A DNA stretch of 64,000 bases from the NCBI RefSeq assembly GCF_030144855.1, contig NC_082706.1, positions 106,392,001 to 106,456,000 of the forward strand, in the 5' to 3' direction. Of the stretch, positions 23,241 to 35,822 are shown one piece after another. The position numbers and the translations under genes were made by a program. Within the stretch, counting starts at the first letter, position 1. The number at the start of each line of letters is the position of its first letter. The notes beneath the pieces were generated by a model. The model ran no database searches and was not told where the DNA came from. It was given only the letters and a program-made list of their open reading frames with translations. The stretch is from Hypanus sabinus (lineage: Eukaryota).

Positions 23241-25599
23241 ATCTGCTACATAGCCTAAAAATGATTCTCTAATTTTGGTACATTTAGCACAATTCACATT
23301 CAGCTTTCGTCTTAACTAGTTGACAAAATAAAACAATGATTGAAGTTTGCTATGTTCAGTTTAGCTGATAGATGGCACTCCATAATCATTATTTCAATGT
23401 TTCTTTCTCCAGAACTGCCCTGCACCAGTCATTATTTGTAATTTTTACTTCATTCAGAAGTTAGTTGTAATAAGTATGACTTTTTTCAGCACAGACCAGA
23501 AGCACTTAATGGCTAAAGGTGAGTACTATGTGGTTTACAGGTTGCCATCTACCCACCCTCAACCGTCTGGGAGCTTTCCATGGTCCCATCAATTTTAAAT
23601 TCAGCTTTTCTGCTAATTCAGTTCCGTATTAATACAGTCCAGAACTTCACACTTAACTCTGACTCAGCACCACCAACTCAGTGCATTTCCATCACTTTCA
23701 TCTTTCACTGTCTTCATGTCTTTAGATTTCCTCTATGATTCCCTGGCAGAAAGTCCCGTGACCGCAGCATTCACTGACTCCACTCCCTGCTTCTACCAGT
23801 GCAGCTTTTGACTCCCCCCTTCCTTCTCCTGCCTCACATTATTCGGTGGCAGTTCCTGCAGTAAGTAATTGCTACAGGCTGATGGTGTTTCAGCTAAATG
23901 GTTGATAGTATGCATGTTACCCACTGGGCTCTGCTCAACTGACTGTAATATGAAAAACACCAATCATTGTTTAGCATCATCTGGCTGCTGCAGTTGCAAT
24001 TTAAATCAAAGATCTACGTTCAGGCCTGGGACCACCAACATCCGACCTGGTCTGGAAATATAAATGAATTGCTTCCACACTGAGAAAGAAGTGACTTCTC
24101 AAAACAAGTCAAGTGATCTTTTTTATGCAGTTTCTGAAAATCTGAAACAAAATCTGGAAATGCTGAAAATACCTTCGGAGAGAAATAGTCAATGTTCAAC
24201 GCAAGATTTTACATGGACATAAGAGCCCAATGAAATATGATTCCTTTTCACTTATACAAAAGAAAACACCATCAAAGCTCTTAAACTTGTAACATTAGTA
24301 CCAGAGTTCACCAGAGCCTGACTTCAGATTGTAGTAGGCACGTGTTCCTGTTGAATGCTAGTTTGGGGTAACAAATAGAATATAAGTTGAAAATTAGGTT
24401 TTTGGATGGGACTGTATGTTTTCAGCATGGATGTTTCAAATATTGTGCAAAGGTCCAATTAATTTAATGTGGTCTGCCAGAGTCGTGGCATATGTAACAC
24501 ATTGCCAAAAACATGCAACTAAATGCTGTTCAGAGCAGATATAGCCTCAACTATTCAGAAAGAAAATTACACACGTTAAAGGTGATTATGGAATCATACA
24601 TGCTGGGCATTAGATCCAATCTACACATGCCCAGTGCCATTGGTTGGAAGAGATTAAATTGAAAGCAATTGTCAGTGTTGTTGTTGCTGTTGCTTGTGTT
24701 CAACTGAATATGGTGGGCATGCCATATTGGCTGAGGAATGTGTGGCAAGTTTTGCGGGCGTTCCAGTACATCCTTAAATTTTGTGAATGGTTAACGCAAA
24801 CAACAGGTGTCACTGTATGTTTTGCTGTACATGTGATAAAGAAATGAATCTGAATTTGAATGCTAATAGTTTTAATGGCAGAAATATTCAAGGATGGATC
24901 ACTACAGGCATGATTAGACTCAAAAATATCTAAATAAAACCTACTAAAATAGCCAAATGTTCACATGGCATTATATCATGGTTGCTGGGAAGTACACAGT
25001 ACCTGAGTATTTTTTCTTCTAATCTAGTATAGCAAAATAGGGATTGAGTTTGGAAGAATACTTGGAAAATGTCAGAAAAAAACTTATGATAGTCTTACGT
25101 GCACTTGCTGCTGGATATCATAATCTTTTGGAAAAAAAAACAACTTTAGAATGTGATTTGTCTCAGTCTGACTCGAAGCAACAATGGTTTAGGAAGGATG
25201 TTGACTTGCCAATACAAGAGTATTATCAGAAGCAGAGGCAAGAATTGCAGAAATTGGAGATAATCGAGGGCCAAGGATTAACTTTATTCACCATATACAT
25301 TTGCATGTATTAGGAATTTGCTGTTGGTCGAGGTACAACATGCAACAAAAACAACATTTAATAATTACAAAAAATAAAGCTAGAGGTTAAAAGACGAATA
25401 TGGAATAAACTGTGCACAAATATATAGTGTACATACCAACATTCATCTGCGATGTAAGCATCATTATAAAATGTGGCTTAAAGCATCTACAGTGCAGTGC
25501 AGTGATCGGCTATGTACAATGGTTGATCCGATTAACAGCCTGGAGGAAGAAACTTTTAAGATGATGTGCAGTCTTTGTTGTTTAGCTCCAGAGCACCAG

Positions 25600-26115
25600 C
25601 CATTAGCAAATGTGTTTGTCTGTGGAGGGTTTGAACCCTTTCTATTTTGGATAGGACATGGTGAATATAGAAGTGCCTCCTCAGATGCAAAATATTGATG
25701 CTCTCAACCCAACAAATACTGTATCCAATAGGCTTCAGAGATGATGCTGAGATTGCCAGTTTATATTTTAAAAGAGGTGTTGAGAAAAGAAGAAACATGT
25801 TGATTTTGCAGATGCTGTCACAAAAATTATCTGCCTGGTGTCAGCATCTGGACTTTTACACATGAGCAGAACTCAGTGCTTGAGGAACAGCTTCTTTCCC
25901 TTCACTATCAGATTTCTGAATGGATAATGAACCCATGAACACTGTCTCAGTATTTTCCCTTTTTTTGCAATAGTTATTTAATTTAGTTTATCTTTTTTAT
26001 ATGTAGTTCTTATTGTAATTTATAGTTCTTATTATGTATTTCAATGTACTGCTCCCACAAACCAACACATTTCATGACATATGCCTGTGATAGTAAACCC
26101 AATTCTGATTCTCAG
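25600..26115 (+). mobile_element. Rex1/Babar-like LINE 3' end
   Basis: gaacagcttctttccc..tcagatttctgaatgga ... catttcatgacatatgcctgtgatagtaaacccaattctgattct tail; paralog at 44690-45205. Confidence 0.65.
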
Positions 26116-29100
26116 ATGGATCAATGTGAAATAATTTCCATGGAGATAAAGGTCGGGGTTTGATTAATGCAGATGTTGCAGTTCCGATACAAATAGGAGG
26201 TGTTGTTCAGAAAAGATCTCCGAACAACAGGGTGTGGAGAATACACGGAAGGACATATTGTGTTTGTACATTGTCATTCTGTAAAGGAAAGGGATATAGG
26301 GAGTAAGGGGGAAAAGTTCTGGCAAATGGAATATGGGGAGTTTAAGATCGTGAGGTTCATTAAGAGGAATCAAAAGATAGATCACTGCCTAAATAGAGAG
26401 ATACTGCAACTGAGATGTTTATGTGTATGTTTTGCAAAATGTTACAAAACAGTGGCATTGCAGAATGTTACTAGACAGCCGAGAAATCAAATTATGTATT
26501 AGAAGGGAGGTCTTGTTGCAGTTGTCCAGGGCCACACCTGGAATGCTGTGCATGGTTTTTGCCTCCTTACCAGCAAATGGATATATAGCATTGAAGAACA
26601 TCCAGAGGGGTTTCACCAGGGCTAATTCCTGGGATGAGAGTTTTATCTTTTTGCAAGCCAGGCATTTTAGGTCTGTTTTCCTTAGAGTTTGGAAAAAATG
26701 AGGAGTGACTTTATTGAGGCAAGATAGGACAGATATTGAGAGAGTTTCACTACTGGGGGCAGCCTGCAGTTGTTACCACACAGCTTTTGCCAACGTAGCA
26801 TGCCCACAATGCTCAGCAGAACAAAGTAAGACAGAACACAACAAGCAACAAATCAACAACAGCAGCCAAGCTCCATTCCTCCCTCCGACCATCTTCATAT
26901 ACAGTCTTCTAACCCCAAGACACTCCATATGCTTCAGACTCCAGACTCCAGGAGACTCAGAATCAGTCTCGGATACATAGACATTGGCCCTTCAACAACC
27001 CAAGTAGACTTGTAGAGATTTACAGGCTCAGGCTCCGACTAATGGGCCTTGACAAGGCTTCTGATTCGACCCTTGAGCTTTGATTCTCAGTATTAATATT
27101 AGATATAATTAAGTTATAGATAGATTCATATTTCAAAGATCAAGAAATTGTGAGTTATTGGGAACTGGCGCAGAAGGGGAGTTGAGACTAGCACTAGGGT
27201 CAAGCCAATTATTCATTCAACACAGGGGAAGAAGGATAGCTCAAAGATGATAGGTGAAGGCATATTGAGGTTTTCCATGGAAAGAGCCTTTACTTCAGAA
27301 TGTCAACTCTCTGTCTCCCCTTTTTCTTATTCTCTTCTACATACCTGCCTAGCACCTTCCCCTGCTGCCCCCTTTTGCCATTTCCTTCCTTTCTCTTCAG
27401 CCCTTTACCTTTCCCACCCACCTGCCTTCACCTATCACCTTCTAGCAACCCTCCTTCCACCACCCCCACCTTTAAATTCTGGTATTTCCCTCCTTGCTTT
27501 CCAGTCCTGAAGGCTGTCAGCCTGAAATGAGTTCAGGGCATGGATCAACACATCGAATTATGATATCGTAGCCATTAGTGAGACTTGTTTGCAGGAGGTG
27601 CAGGACTGGCAGCTCAATATTCTGGATTGCACTGCTTTAGAGCAGACAGAGTGGAAGGGATTAAAGGGGGAGGGGTGGTCTTACTAGTCCTAGAAAATTC
27701 ACGGCAGTGCTCAGTCTGGCGAGAGTGGAGAACTTGTAAAGGAAAGTTTTATGTGTGGAACTGAGGAAGAAGAAAGGTATGAACACATTAATGCGAACAT
27801 ATTAGTAACCACCCACCAGTCCTCGAGATTTAGATGAACAAATCTCAGGCTGTTGCAAGAAACATAAGGTTGTTAGAGTAGGTGATTTTAACTTTCCATA
27901 TATTGACTGGGGCTCTCATACTGTAAAAGGATGAGATGGGATAGAGTTTGTCAAATGAGGCCAGGAAAGTTGGGTGAATCAGTACTTAAAAGATCCAATG
28001 AGTCTAGTCAAGTCAACTTTTATTGTCATTTCGACTATAACTGCTGGTACAGTGCATTGTAAAAATGAGACAACGTTTTTCAGGACCATGGTGTTACATG
28101 ACACAGTACAAAAAACTAGACTGAACTACGTAAAAAAAAATAAAAAAGGATCATGTGATGCTTGATCTTCTTTTAGGAATGAGACAGGGTGGGTGATTGA
28201 AGTTTATGTCGGGGAACACTTTGCATCAAGTGATCATAATGCTATTAATTTCAAAGTAAATATTTGAAAAGATGGGTCTGGTCCGTGGGTCGAGATTATA
28301 AATTGGTGAAAGACCAATTTTGATGATATCAGAAAGGATCTGGCAAGTGTGAATTCGGACAGGCTGTTTTCTGGTAAAGGAGTTCCAGAAGTTTCTGTGG
28401 AAGCTTACATAATTCTGTGGCATTCAGAACTGAAATTCTTAAATACAAAGCTCCCATGTGCCTTTCCTAAGAGAAGGGTAAGATAACAGTTATAGGGAAC
28501 TTGATTTTCAAGCAATATGGAGGCCCTGGTAAAGGAAAAAAAGGAGCTGTGTTGCAGGTAGGAGCAGATGAGGGACTTATGGAGTGCAAGACTGGAGAGT
28601 TCTTAAGAAATAAACAGAAAAGCTAAAAGAAGGCATGAGGTTGTCTTAGCAGACAGGTTGAAGGTGAGTCTTAAGGGATTACAGATAAGTTAAAAGCAAA
28701 AGGATTGCAAGGGACAAAATTGGTTCTCTGGAAAATCAGAAAGGTAATCTATGCATGGAGCCAAAAGAGATGGGAGAGGACTTAAATTGATCTTTTTTGC
28801 ATTTTTCATCTGTATTTACTCGGGAGCTGGATACAAAGTCGATGGAAGTGAGGAAAGGCAGCAGCGAGGTCATGGACCCTATACAGATTACAAAGGAGGA
28901 GGTGTTTGCTGTCCTGAGGCAAATTAGGGTCGATAAGTCCCCGGGGTCTGACAGGGTGTTCCTCTGAATCCTGTGAGAGGCAAGTGCAGAAATTTCAGGG
29001 GCCCTAGCAGAGATCATCTTAGTGACTGGCGACTTATCAGAAGATTAGAGGATAGCTAATGTTGTTTCCGCTGTTCAAGAAAGGCTCTAAGAATAAACCA

Positions 29101-29820
29101 GGAAATTGTAGACTGGCAAGCCTGACATTAGAGGTGGGATATTTAATGGAAAGCATTCGAAGGACCCGGATAAATGAGCATTTGGATATATAGGCACTGA
29201 TTTGGCATAGTCAACGTGGCTTTCTGCATGGTGGGTCATGCCTAACAAATCTTGTAGAGGTTTTCAAGGAGGTTACCAGGAAAGTTGATAAAGTTGATAG
29301 AAACATTGAAAACCTGCAGCACAATGCAGGCTCTTCAGCCCACAAAGTTGTGCCAAACACATCCATTTCTTAGAAATTACTAGGCTTACCTATAGCTCTC
29401 TATTTTACTAAGCTCCATGTACCTATCTCAAAGCCTCTTAAAAGACCCTATCGTGTCCGCCTCCACCACCATTGGCGGCAGCCCATTCCACGCACTCACC
29501 ACTCTCTGAGTAAAAAACTTACCCCTGACATCTCCTCTGTACCTACTTGCAAGCACCTTAAACCTGTGTCCCCTTGTAACAACCATTTCAGCCCTAGGAA
29601 AAAGCCTCTGACTATCTACACGATCAATATCTTTCATCATCTTGTACACCTCTATCAGGTCACCTCTCATTCTCCCTCACTCCAAGGAGAATAGACTGAG
29701 TTCACTCAACCTATTCTCATAAGGAATGCTCCCAATCGAGGCAACATCCCTGTAAATCTGCAATTTCCTGCCTGATAGCCTCATAATTCCCCTTACTCCA
29801 ATTAACCGTTTTTCTAAGTT

Positions 29821-31084
29821 GAGCAACACACACAAAATGCTGGTGGAACACAGCAGGCCAGGCAGCATCTATAAGGAGAAGCACTGTCGATGTTTCGGGC
29901 CGAGACCCTTTGTCAGGACTAACTGAAAGGAAAGATAGTAAGAAATTTGAAAGTAGGAAGGGGAGGGGGAAATGCAAAATGATAGGAGAAGACCGCAGGG
30001 GATTGGGTGGGGTGAAGCTAAGAGCTGGAAAGGTGATTGCCAAAAGGGAAGTGATGGGAGGGATGAATGGACAAGGGAGACGCGTAGGGAGCAATCCCTG
30101 CGGAAAGCAGAAGGGGGGAGGAAAAGATATGCTTGGTAAAGGGATTCCGTTGGAGGTGGCAGAAGTTACGGAGAATGATACGTTGGACCCGGAGGCTGGT
30201 AGGGTGGTAGGTGATGACAAGGGGAACCCTATCCCGAGTAGGGTGGCGGGCAGATGGGGTGAGGGCAGATGGTGGAAGAAGGAAAGCCCCTTTGTTTAAA
30301 AAAGGAAGACATCTCCTTCGCCCTGGAATGAAAACCCTCATCCTGAGAGCAGACCCTTCCCACCGATATCCCTCCTGGCACTTATCCTTGTAAACGGAAC
30401 AAATGCTACAGCTGCCCTTACACTTCCTCCCTCAGACCCCAGACAGTCCTTCCAGGTGAGGCGACACTTAACCTGTGAGTCGGCTGGTGTGGTATACTGC
30501 GTCCAGTGCTCCCGGTATGGCCTTTTATATATTGGTGAGACCCGACGCAGACTGGGAGACCGTTTCGCTGAACACCTATGCTCGGTCCACCAGAGAAAGC
30601 AGGATCTCCCAATGGCCACACATTTTAATTCTACATCCCATTCCCATTCTGATATGTCTATCCATGGCCTCCTCTACTGTCAAAAGGAATCCAAACTCAG
30701 GCTGGAGTTTTTCTCCCACCTCCCCCTTTTTTCTCTCTCTCTGCCCATCACTCTGCCTGTTCTCCATCTCCCTCTGGTGCTCCCCTCCTCCTTTTCTTTC
30801 TCCCTAGGCCTCCCGTCCCATGATCCTTTCCCATCTCCAGTTCTGCATCCCTTTTGCCAATCACCTTTCCAGCTCTTAGCTTCACGCTACCCCCTGCGGT
30901 CTTCCCCTATCATTTCGGATTTCCCCCTTCCCCCTACTTTCAAATCTCTTACTATCTTTCCTTTCAGTTAGTCCTGATGAAGGGCCTCGGCCTGAAACAT
31001 CGACAGTCCTTCTTCCTATAGATGCTGCCTGGCCTGCTGCGTGTTGCTTGAATTTCCAGCATCTGCAGATTTCCTCATGTTTGC
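29821..31084. mobile_element. Penelope-like element with inverted terminal arms
   Basis: About 230-bp inverted arms (29824-30060 vs about 30835-31050); GIY-YIG CESAGVVYCVQCSRYGLLYIGETRRRLGDRFAEHL (+, 30456-30690); RT-EN linker DRVPLVITYHP (-, 30018-30341); TSD ttttctaa(g/c)tt at 29810-29820 / 31085-31095. Confidence 0.88.
30971..31004 (+). ncRNA. Minimal hammerhead ribozyme motif in the Penelope-like pseudo-LTR
   Basis: gtc-CTGATGA-agg(gcctcgg)cct-GAAAC-ATC-gac: catalytic core, stem II, stem I gtc/gac. Stem III is ACAT rather than palindromic ACGT, so activity is doubtful. Confidence 0.6.
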
Positions 31085-33699
31085 TTTTCTAACTTGTCTG
31101 TTCCTATCTCTCTCCAAAGCTATTGTAAAGGAGATAGAATTGTGATCACTATCTCCAAAATGCTCTCCGACTGAGAGATCTGACACCTGACCAGGTTAAT
31201 TTCCCAATACCAAATAAAGTACAGCTTCTCCTCTTGTAGGCTTACCTATGTACTGTGTCAAGAAATCTTCCTGAACACACATAATAAACTCTACCCTATA
31301 TAAACCCCTCGCTGTAGTCCCAGTCGATATTTGGGAAGTTAAAATCTCTCACCACGACAACTCTGTTATTATTACACCGTTCCAGGATCTGTTTCCCTAT
31401 CTGCTCCTCGATATCCCTGTTACTATTAGGCGGCCTATAAAACACCCAGTAAAGTTATTGACCCCTTCCCATTCCTAAACTTCACCCACAGAGACTCTGT
31501 AGACAATCCTTCCATGGCGTCAACCTTTTCTGCAGCTGTGACACTATCTGTGCCACACCTCCCCCTCTTTGGCCTCCCTCCCTGTCCTTTCCGAAACATC
31601 TGAAACCCAGCACTTGAAGTAACCAGTCCTGTCCCGGAGCCATCCAAGTCTCCGTAATGGCCACCACATCATATCTTCAAGTACTGATCCATGCTCTAAC
31701 TCATCCGCTTTGTTCACAACACTCCTTGCATTAAAATAGACACATCTCAAGCCTTTGGTCTGAGGGCGTCCCTTCTCTATCACCTGCCTATCCTCCCTCT
31801 CACACTGTCTACAAGCTTTCTGTATTTGTGAGCTAACCTCCTCTTCCACAGTCTCTTCAGTTCAGTTACCACCCCCCCCCCCCAACAATTCTAGTTTAAA
31901 CTCTCCCCAGTAGCCTTAGCAGACCTCCCGCCAGGATATTGGTCTCCCTGGGATTCAAGTGCAACCCGTCCTTTTTGTACAGGTCACATCTGCCCCAGAA
32001 GAGGTCCCAATGATCCAGGAATCTGAATCCCTGCCCCCTGCTCCAATCCCTCAAGCAGTAAACTGGATTACAAATTAGGTTTGTGGGAGAGGCCTGAATG
32101 CCGTAGTAGATGGTTGCCTCTCTGACTGGAGATCTATGACTAGTGGTGTGCCACAGGGATCAATGCTGAGTCAGCTGATTGGCATCTATAGCAATGATCT
32201 GGATGATAATGTGGTTAACGGAATCAGCGAATTTGCGGGTGACACCAAGACTGGGAGCATTGTCAACAGTAAGGAAAACTATTTAAACTTGTAGCGGGAT
32301 CTAGAACAGCTGGAAAATGGACGGAAAAATGGAAGGTGGAAGTTAGTACAGTCAAGGGAGTGGTATCGATAAAAGCAGGTTTTTCAGAGTGAGTGGCTGG
32401 GCACCAAGGAGTGTGGCCCATATGGGGATACAGGTTCATAATTCATTTAAAGTGGTGTCACAGCTAGATATGGCTATAACGAATTTTTTCGGTACTTTAT
32501 TGTCGCCTAACAATTAATACTAGAGCATACAATCATCACAACGATATTAGATTTTGGCCTTCATAAATCAAAATATTGAGTACAAGAGATGGGATGTTAT
32601 GTTGAAGTTGTATAAGCTGTTGATGAGGCTTAATTTGAAGTATTGTGTGCAGATTTGGTCACCTACCCTGCGGGAAAGATGTAATAAGGTTGAAGGAATG
32701 CAGAGAAAAATCACCAGCATGTTGCCAGGACTACAGAAACTGAGTTATAAGGAAAATTTGAAAAGGTTAGGACTTTAATTCTTGGAACGGTGAGTATGGA
32801 GGAGAGATTTTATAGAGCTATACAAGATTATGAATAGTATACTTAGGCCTTTTTCACTGAGGTTGGGTGGGACTAAAACGAGAGATGATGGATTAAGGGC
32901 AAAAGGTGAAAAGGAAACTCCTTCATTCAGAATTTCATGAGGTTGTGGAATGATCTGCCAGCGCAAGTGGTGCATCTCAGCTCGATTTCAAAGTTTAAGA
33001 GATTGGTACATGGTTTTCAGCGGTATGAAGGGCGATGGTATGGGTGCAGGTCAATAGAAATAGATACTTTCAATTGTTCGGCACGGATGTGACTGGTCGA
33101 CGCGCATGTTTCATTGCTGTAGTTTTCTATGTCTTTATCACTGATCAATGTCATTTCCTTTCGATCAGGCCTTAGGATTGTCCATTCACTGGAGGTGCAA
33201 AGGGTGCAAAAAGGGTGGAGAATAATCTAACAAATGACAGCGGATGCTAGGTTTCAATCTGCCTTTGATCGTCTTGATAGAACAATGGAGGGAATGATCG
33301 GTAACAGCCTGGAGTGGCTGAAGGTGTTGCCAGAATCCTCTCTTAGAGAACCAGAACCTGGATCAGAAATGAACATCATTCTGCGGACTTTAGTCATCAG
33401 TAGGTGGCAAGACCACAGCCGCCATAAGCCGGGTGCAGTTCTCAACAAAAGCAGGAAATTTGATATGAATTCGTAGCCTCAAACGTCGTGACCACATAAA
33501 CAATATATTTACACAATTACATTTATATGATGCCCTTAATGTAGTAAGATTCCAATAGGAGTTCCACAGGAATGCAATTTAAAATTTGTCAAGAAGTCAG
33601 TAAAATGAGATTCTGCGTCCCGTACTTCTTCAATTTCGTGCTTCAGTGTAGAATAAATCATTAAGGACTGGAAGGTATTTGATGGGGAAGGGTTAAATA

Positions 33700-34845
33700 G
33701 CTAGCAGTTGTATTCACTTCTCCAGATTTCATTGACACACCAAGAGACAAGGAAATGGCATTGGAAGAAAAGCGGCAGGACGAGGCCACCAGGCCCACAA
33801 CCCTGACCCAGTGTTCAATATGATCATAGCTAGCGCCTCAGCATCTCCGCTATACCTGGCCCTCAATACCTGGCCCATGGCCCTCAAGTCTCCGAATCCT
33901 ACTTTTGTTATACTGCACAGATACAAGCCCTTTAGCCGCACTCGTCAAAAGTTTCAATGGCCAGTGGAAGAGAAGAAAATTTATTGTTTCAGTTCTAAAT
34001 CTCAGGCATGTATCTACCAATCTTCAAAGGCCAAGGATCCACAAATCCAACGAATCGCTAACCTCTGTCAGAAGTTGTACCCGCCTCCTTTTTACTGAAA
34101 TCTGGACTGTAAGAGATAGTGATATAATGAGCTGGATGGAAATGCTGACCCGCGGGTCCACATTCCATCAGGGAGACGTTTGGCAGCTCTGTGGACATTG
34201 CGGGAGGTCATTGATAGCAATAGCAGTGACGTAGGAAATCAGCTGTGAGGGTGGAGTAGGGTGAGGGGAAACTCAAGTGTTTCCACCGGGGACATGTTGG
34301 AGGGCACTGCTCCAAACCGAATGTGTTCCGCACACTGTACTGTGGAGTAACATGGCGAAAGCGCTGACGTCAGTATTTCATTCGGAGTTTGAGGAGATTT
34401 GGCGTGTCAGGCGAGAATCTTGCAATAATTATACAGATATACCACGGAGAATATTCAGCTTATATAGACCCTGTAATGCAAGCGGATGTAGAGGGTTGTC
34501 GACTCAAACAGATCCCTCACGGGCAAAACCATCCCCGCCATCGGAGACATTTTAAGAGGCAATGCTTCATGAAGGCAGCATTTATTATTAAAGACCCTCA
34601 CCATCCAGGATAACATTCGTGTCTAAGTACCAACACTCACCATTTTAACCAGTTTCTTCCCCTCGGCAATCAGATTTCTGAGCATCCCATGAAGGTACGA
34701 ACACTACTTCAATAGTTTTCATTTCATTTCTTAGTTTTGTAACTGATACCAGTGTTTCTGTCTTGCACTGTACTACTGTCGCAAAACAACGCATTTCGCG
34801 ACTCACGTTAGTGGTCATAAACCTGATTCTCATTCTGATTCACCG
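33700..34845 (+). mobile_element. Decayed Rex1/Babar-like LINE 3' part
   Basis: RRFGVS...FKRQCFMKAAFIIKDPHHPG and the tail cataaacctgattctcattctgattc; paralog 58250-61465. Confidence 0.7.
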
Positions 34846-35189
34846 ACTGGGCGCAGAGGTGAACGAACAAACGTTCTCATAAACGCGGCAAAAGGGATTT
34901 CGGCAAGAGACAGGAGGGTCTAGCTGATAGTGAGGATTGAGGTATTGGAACGAGATTGGGAAGCCCCAGAGGATAAAGTTCGGTAGACATATTTCTGAAA
35001 TTGCGACCTGAGACTTTAAATCTGCATCACTCCGCTAATATTGCCTAAATTGCTGCGTTTCTATAAATTCCTGGCCTTGTGTGGGATAAAGATCAGTTTT
35101 AATCGGAATAATTGAGCAAATAGCTTCGAGGCGTCGAGTGGCATTGGAGCAATCCTCTTCAAATTATGAAAGGAAGAAATTAACTGGGG

Positions 35190-35362
35190 CATGCCCCGCC
35201 CCCGACACCCGCCGCCTAAGAAAGGCGGCGCTACCAGTCTAATGCAAAAAAGTGATTTGGATATGGTTCGGGTTAGGAACTGAGGAGGGTTCAGCCCCGA
35301 CAACAAAAGCTGATAAATTGCGCTACCTCTCGGATTCCAAGCACTGACCCGGCGCAACAAGC
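35190..35362 (+). promoter_or_regulatory. Putative V2 promoter (GC box + GATA, conserved in V5)
   Basis: CCCCGCCCC 35194-35202 and TGATAA 35311-35316 within cagccccgacaacaaaagctgataaa; the same motifs occur at 61819-61827 and 61936-61941. Confidence 0.5.
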
Positions 35363-35784
35363 ATGTGGCAGGGTGCCTGGTTCCTGGTGCTGCTTTTCAG
35401 CTGTGCGTTACCAACATCTCTTCAAGTTTCATTGCTCCTTCCCGCCGCGCAGATTCTTTTACCGTTCTTTTATCTTTTTGCAGGTAGAAGTGTGGCTCAG
35501 ACCCTGATCCAGCCCAAAGCATCGATGACGGTACCTGTCGGAAAAACCGCGCGAATACTGTGTCAAGTTCATGGAGGCTCCGTCAGCAGTAGTTATCCCC
35601 TTCACTGGTACCAACAGAAACCGGGCAAGCCGCTCCAATGGATACTCTATTATGGAGGTGATGTATCGCGGGATTCGCAATTAGGGAAATCCTTCAACGC
35701 GGGAAAGTCAGATTCCGAGTTCTATCTCACAATCGAAGTTAGCACGGACAGCGCTGCCACCTATTACTGCGCCTATTGGGTTTA
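35363..35784 (+). CDS. TRGV: TCR gamma V segment V2 (leader 35363-35402, intron 35403-35483, V exon 35484-35784)
   Basis: MWQGAWFLVLLFS/CRSVAQTLIQP...ILC...LHWYQQKPG...TYYCAYWVY; GTGCGT donor, TTTTGCAG acceptor; no stops. Confidence 0.85.
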
Positions 35785-35822
35785 CACAGTATGTAATAGA
35801 AAGCGAACTCCGCACAAAAAGC
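35785..35822 (+). other. RSS of V2 (22-bp spacer)
   Basis: CACAGTA + 22 nt + ACAAAAAGC. Confidence 0.88.

Larger units (their letters stand above)
29298..32056 (-). mobile_element. CR1 derivative lacking most of RT, nested in the older CR1 and itself split by a Penelope-like insertion
   Basis: 3' end (atagaaacattgaaaacctgcagcac) at 29298; jumps from the ORF2 C-terminus to the post-EN region near 29760; EN and ORF1 remnants at 31096-32056. Confidence 0.8.
27535..33135 (+). mobile_element. Old CR1 LINE shared by the duplicated blocks, interrupted at 28001-28135 and 29298-32056
   Basis: EN remnants (gtaggtgattttaactttcc), RT remnants and YKRWDVMLKLYKLLMRLNLKYCVQIWSP; homologous position in blocks at 47.3-49.7 kb and 54.0-57.7 kb. 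Confidence 0.8.

Noticed and set aside
35242-35249. ATGCAAAA near-octamer upstream of V2
   Set aside because: Not conserved in V5 (ATGTAAAG), while the neighbouring GC box and GATA site are.
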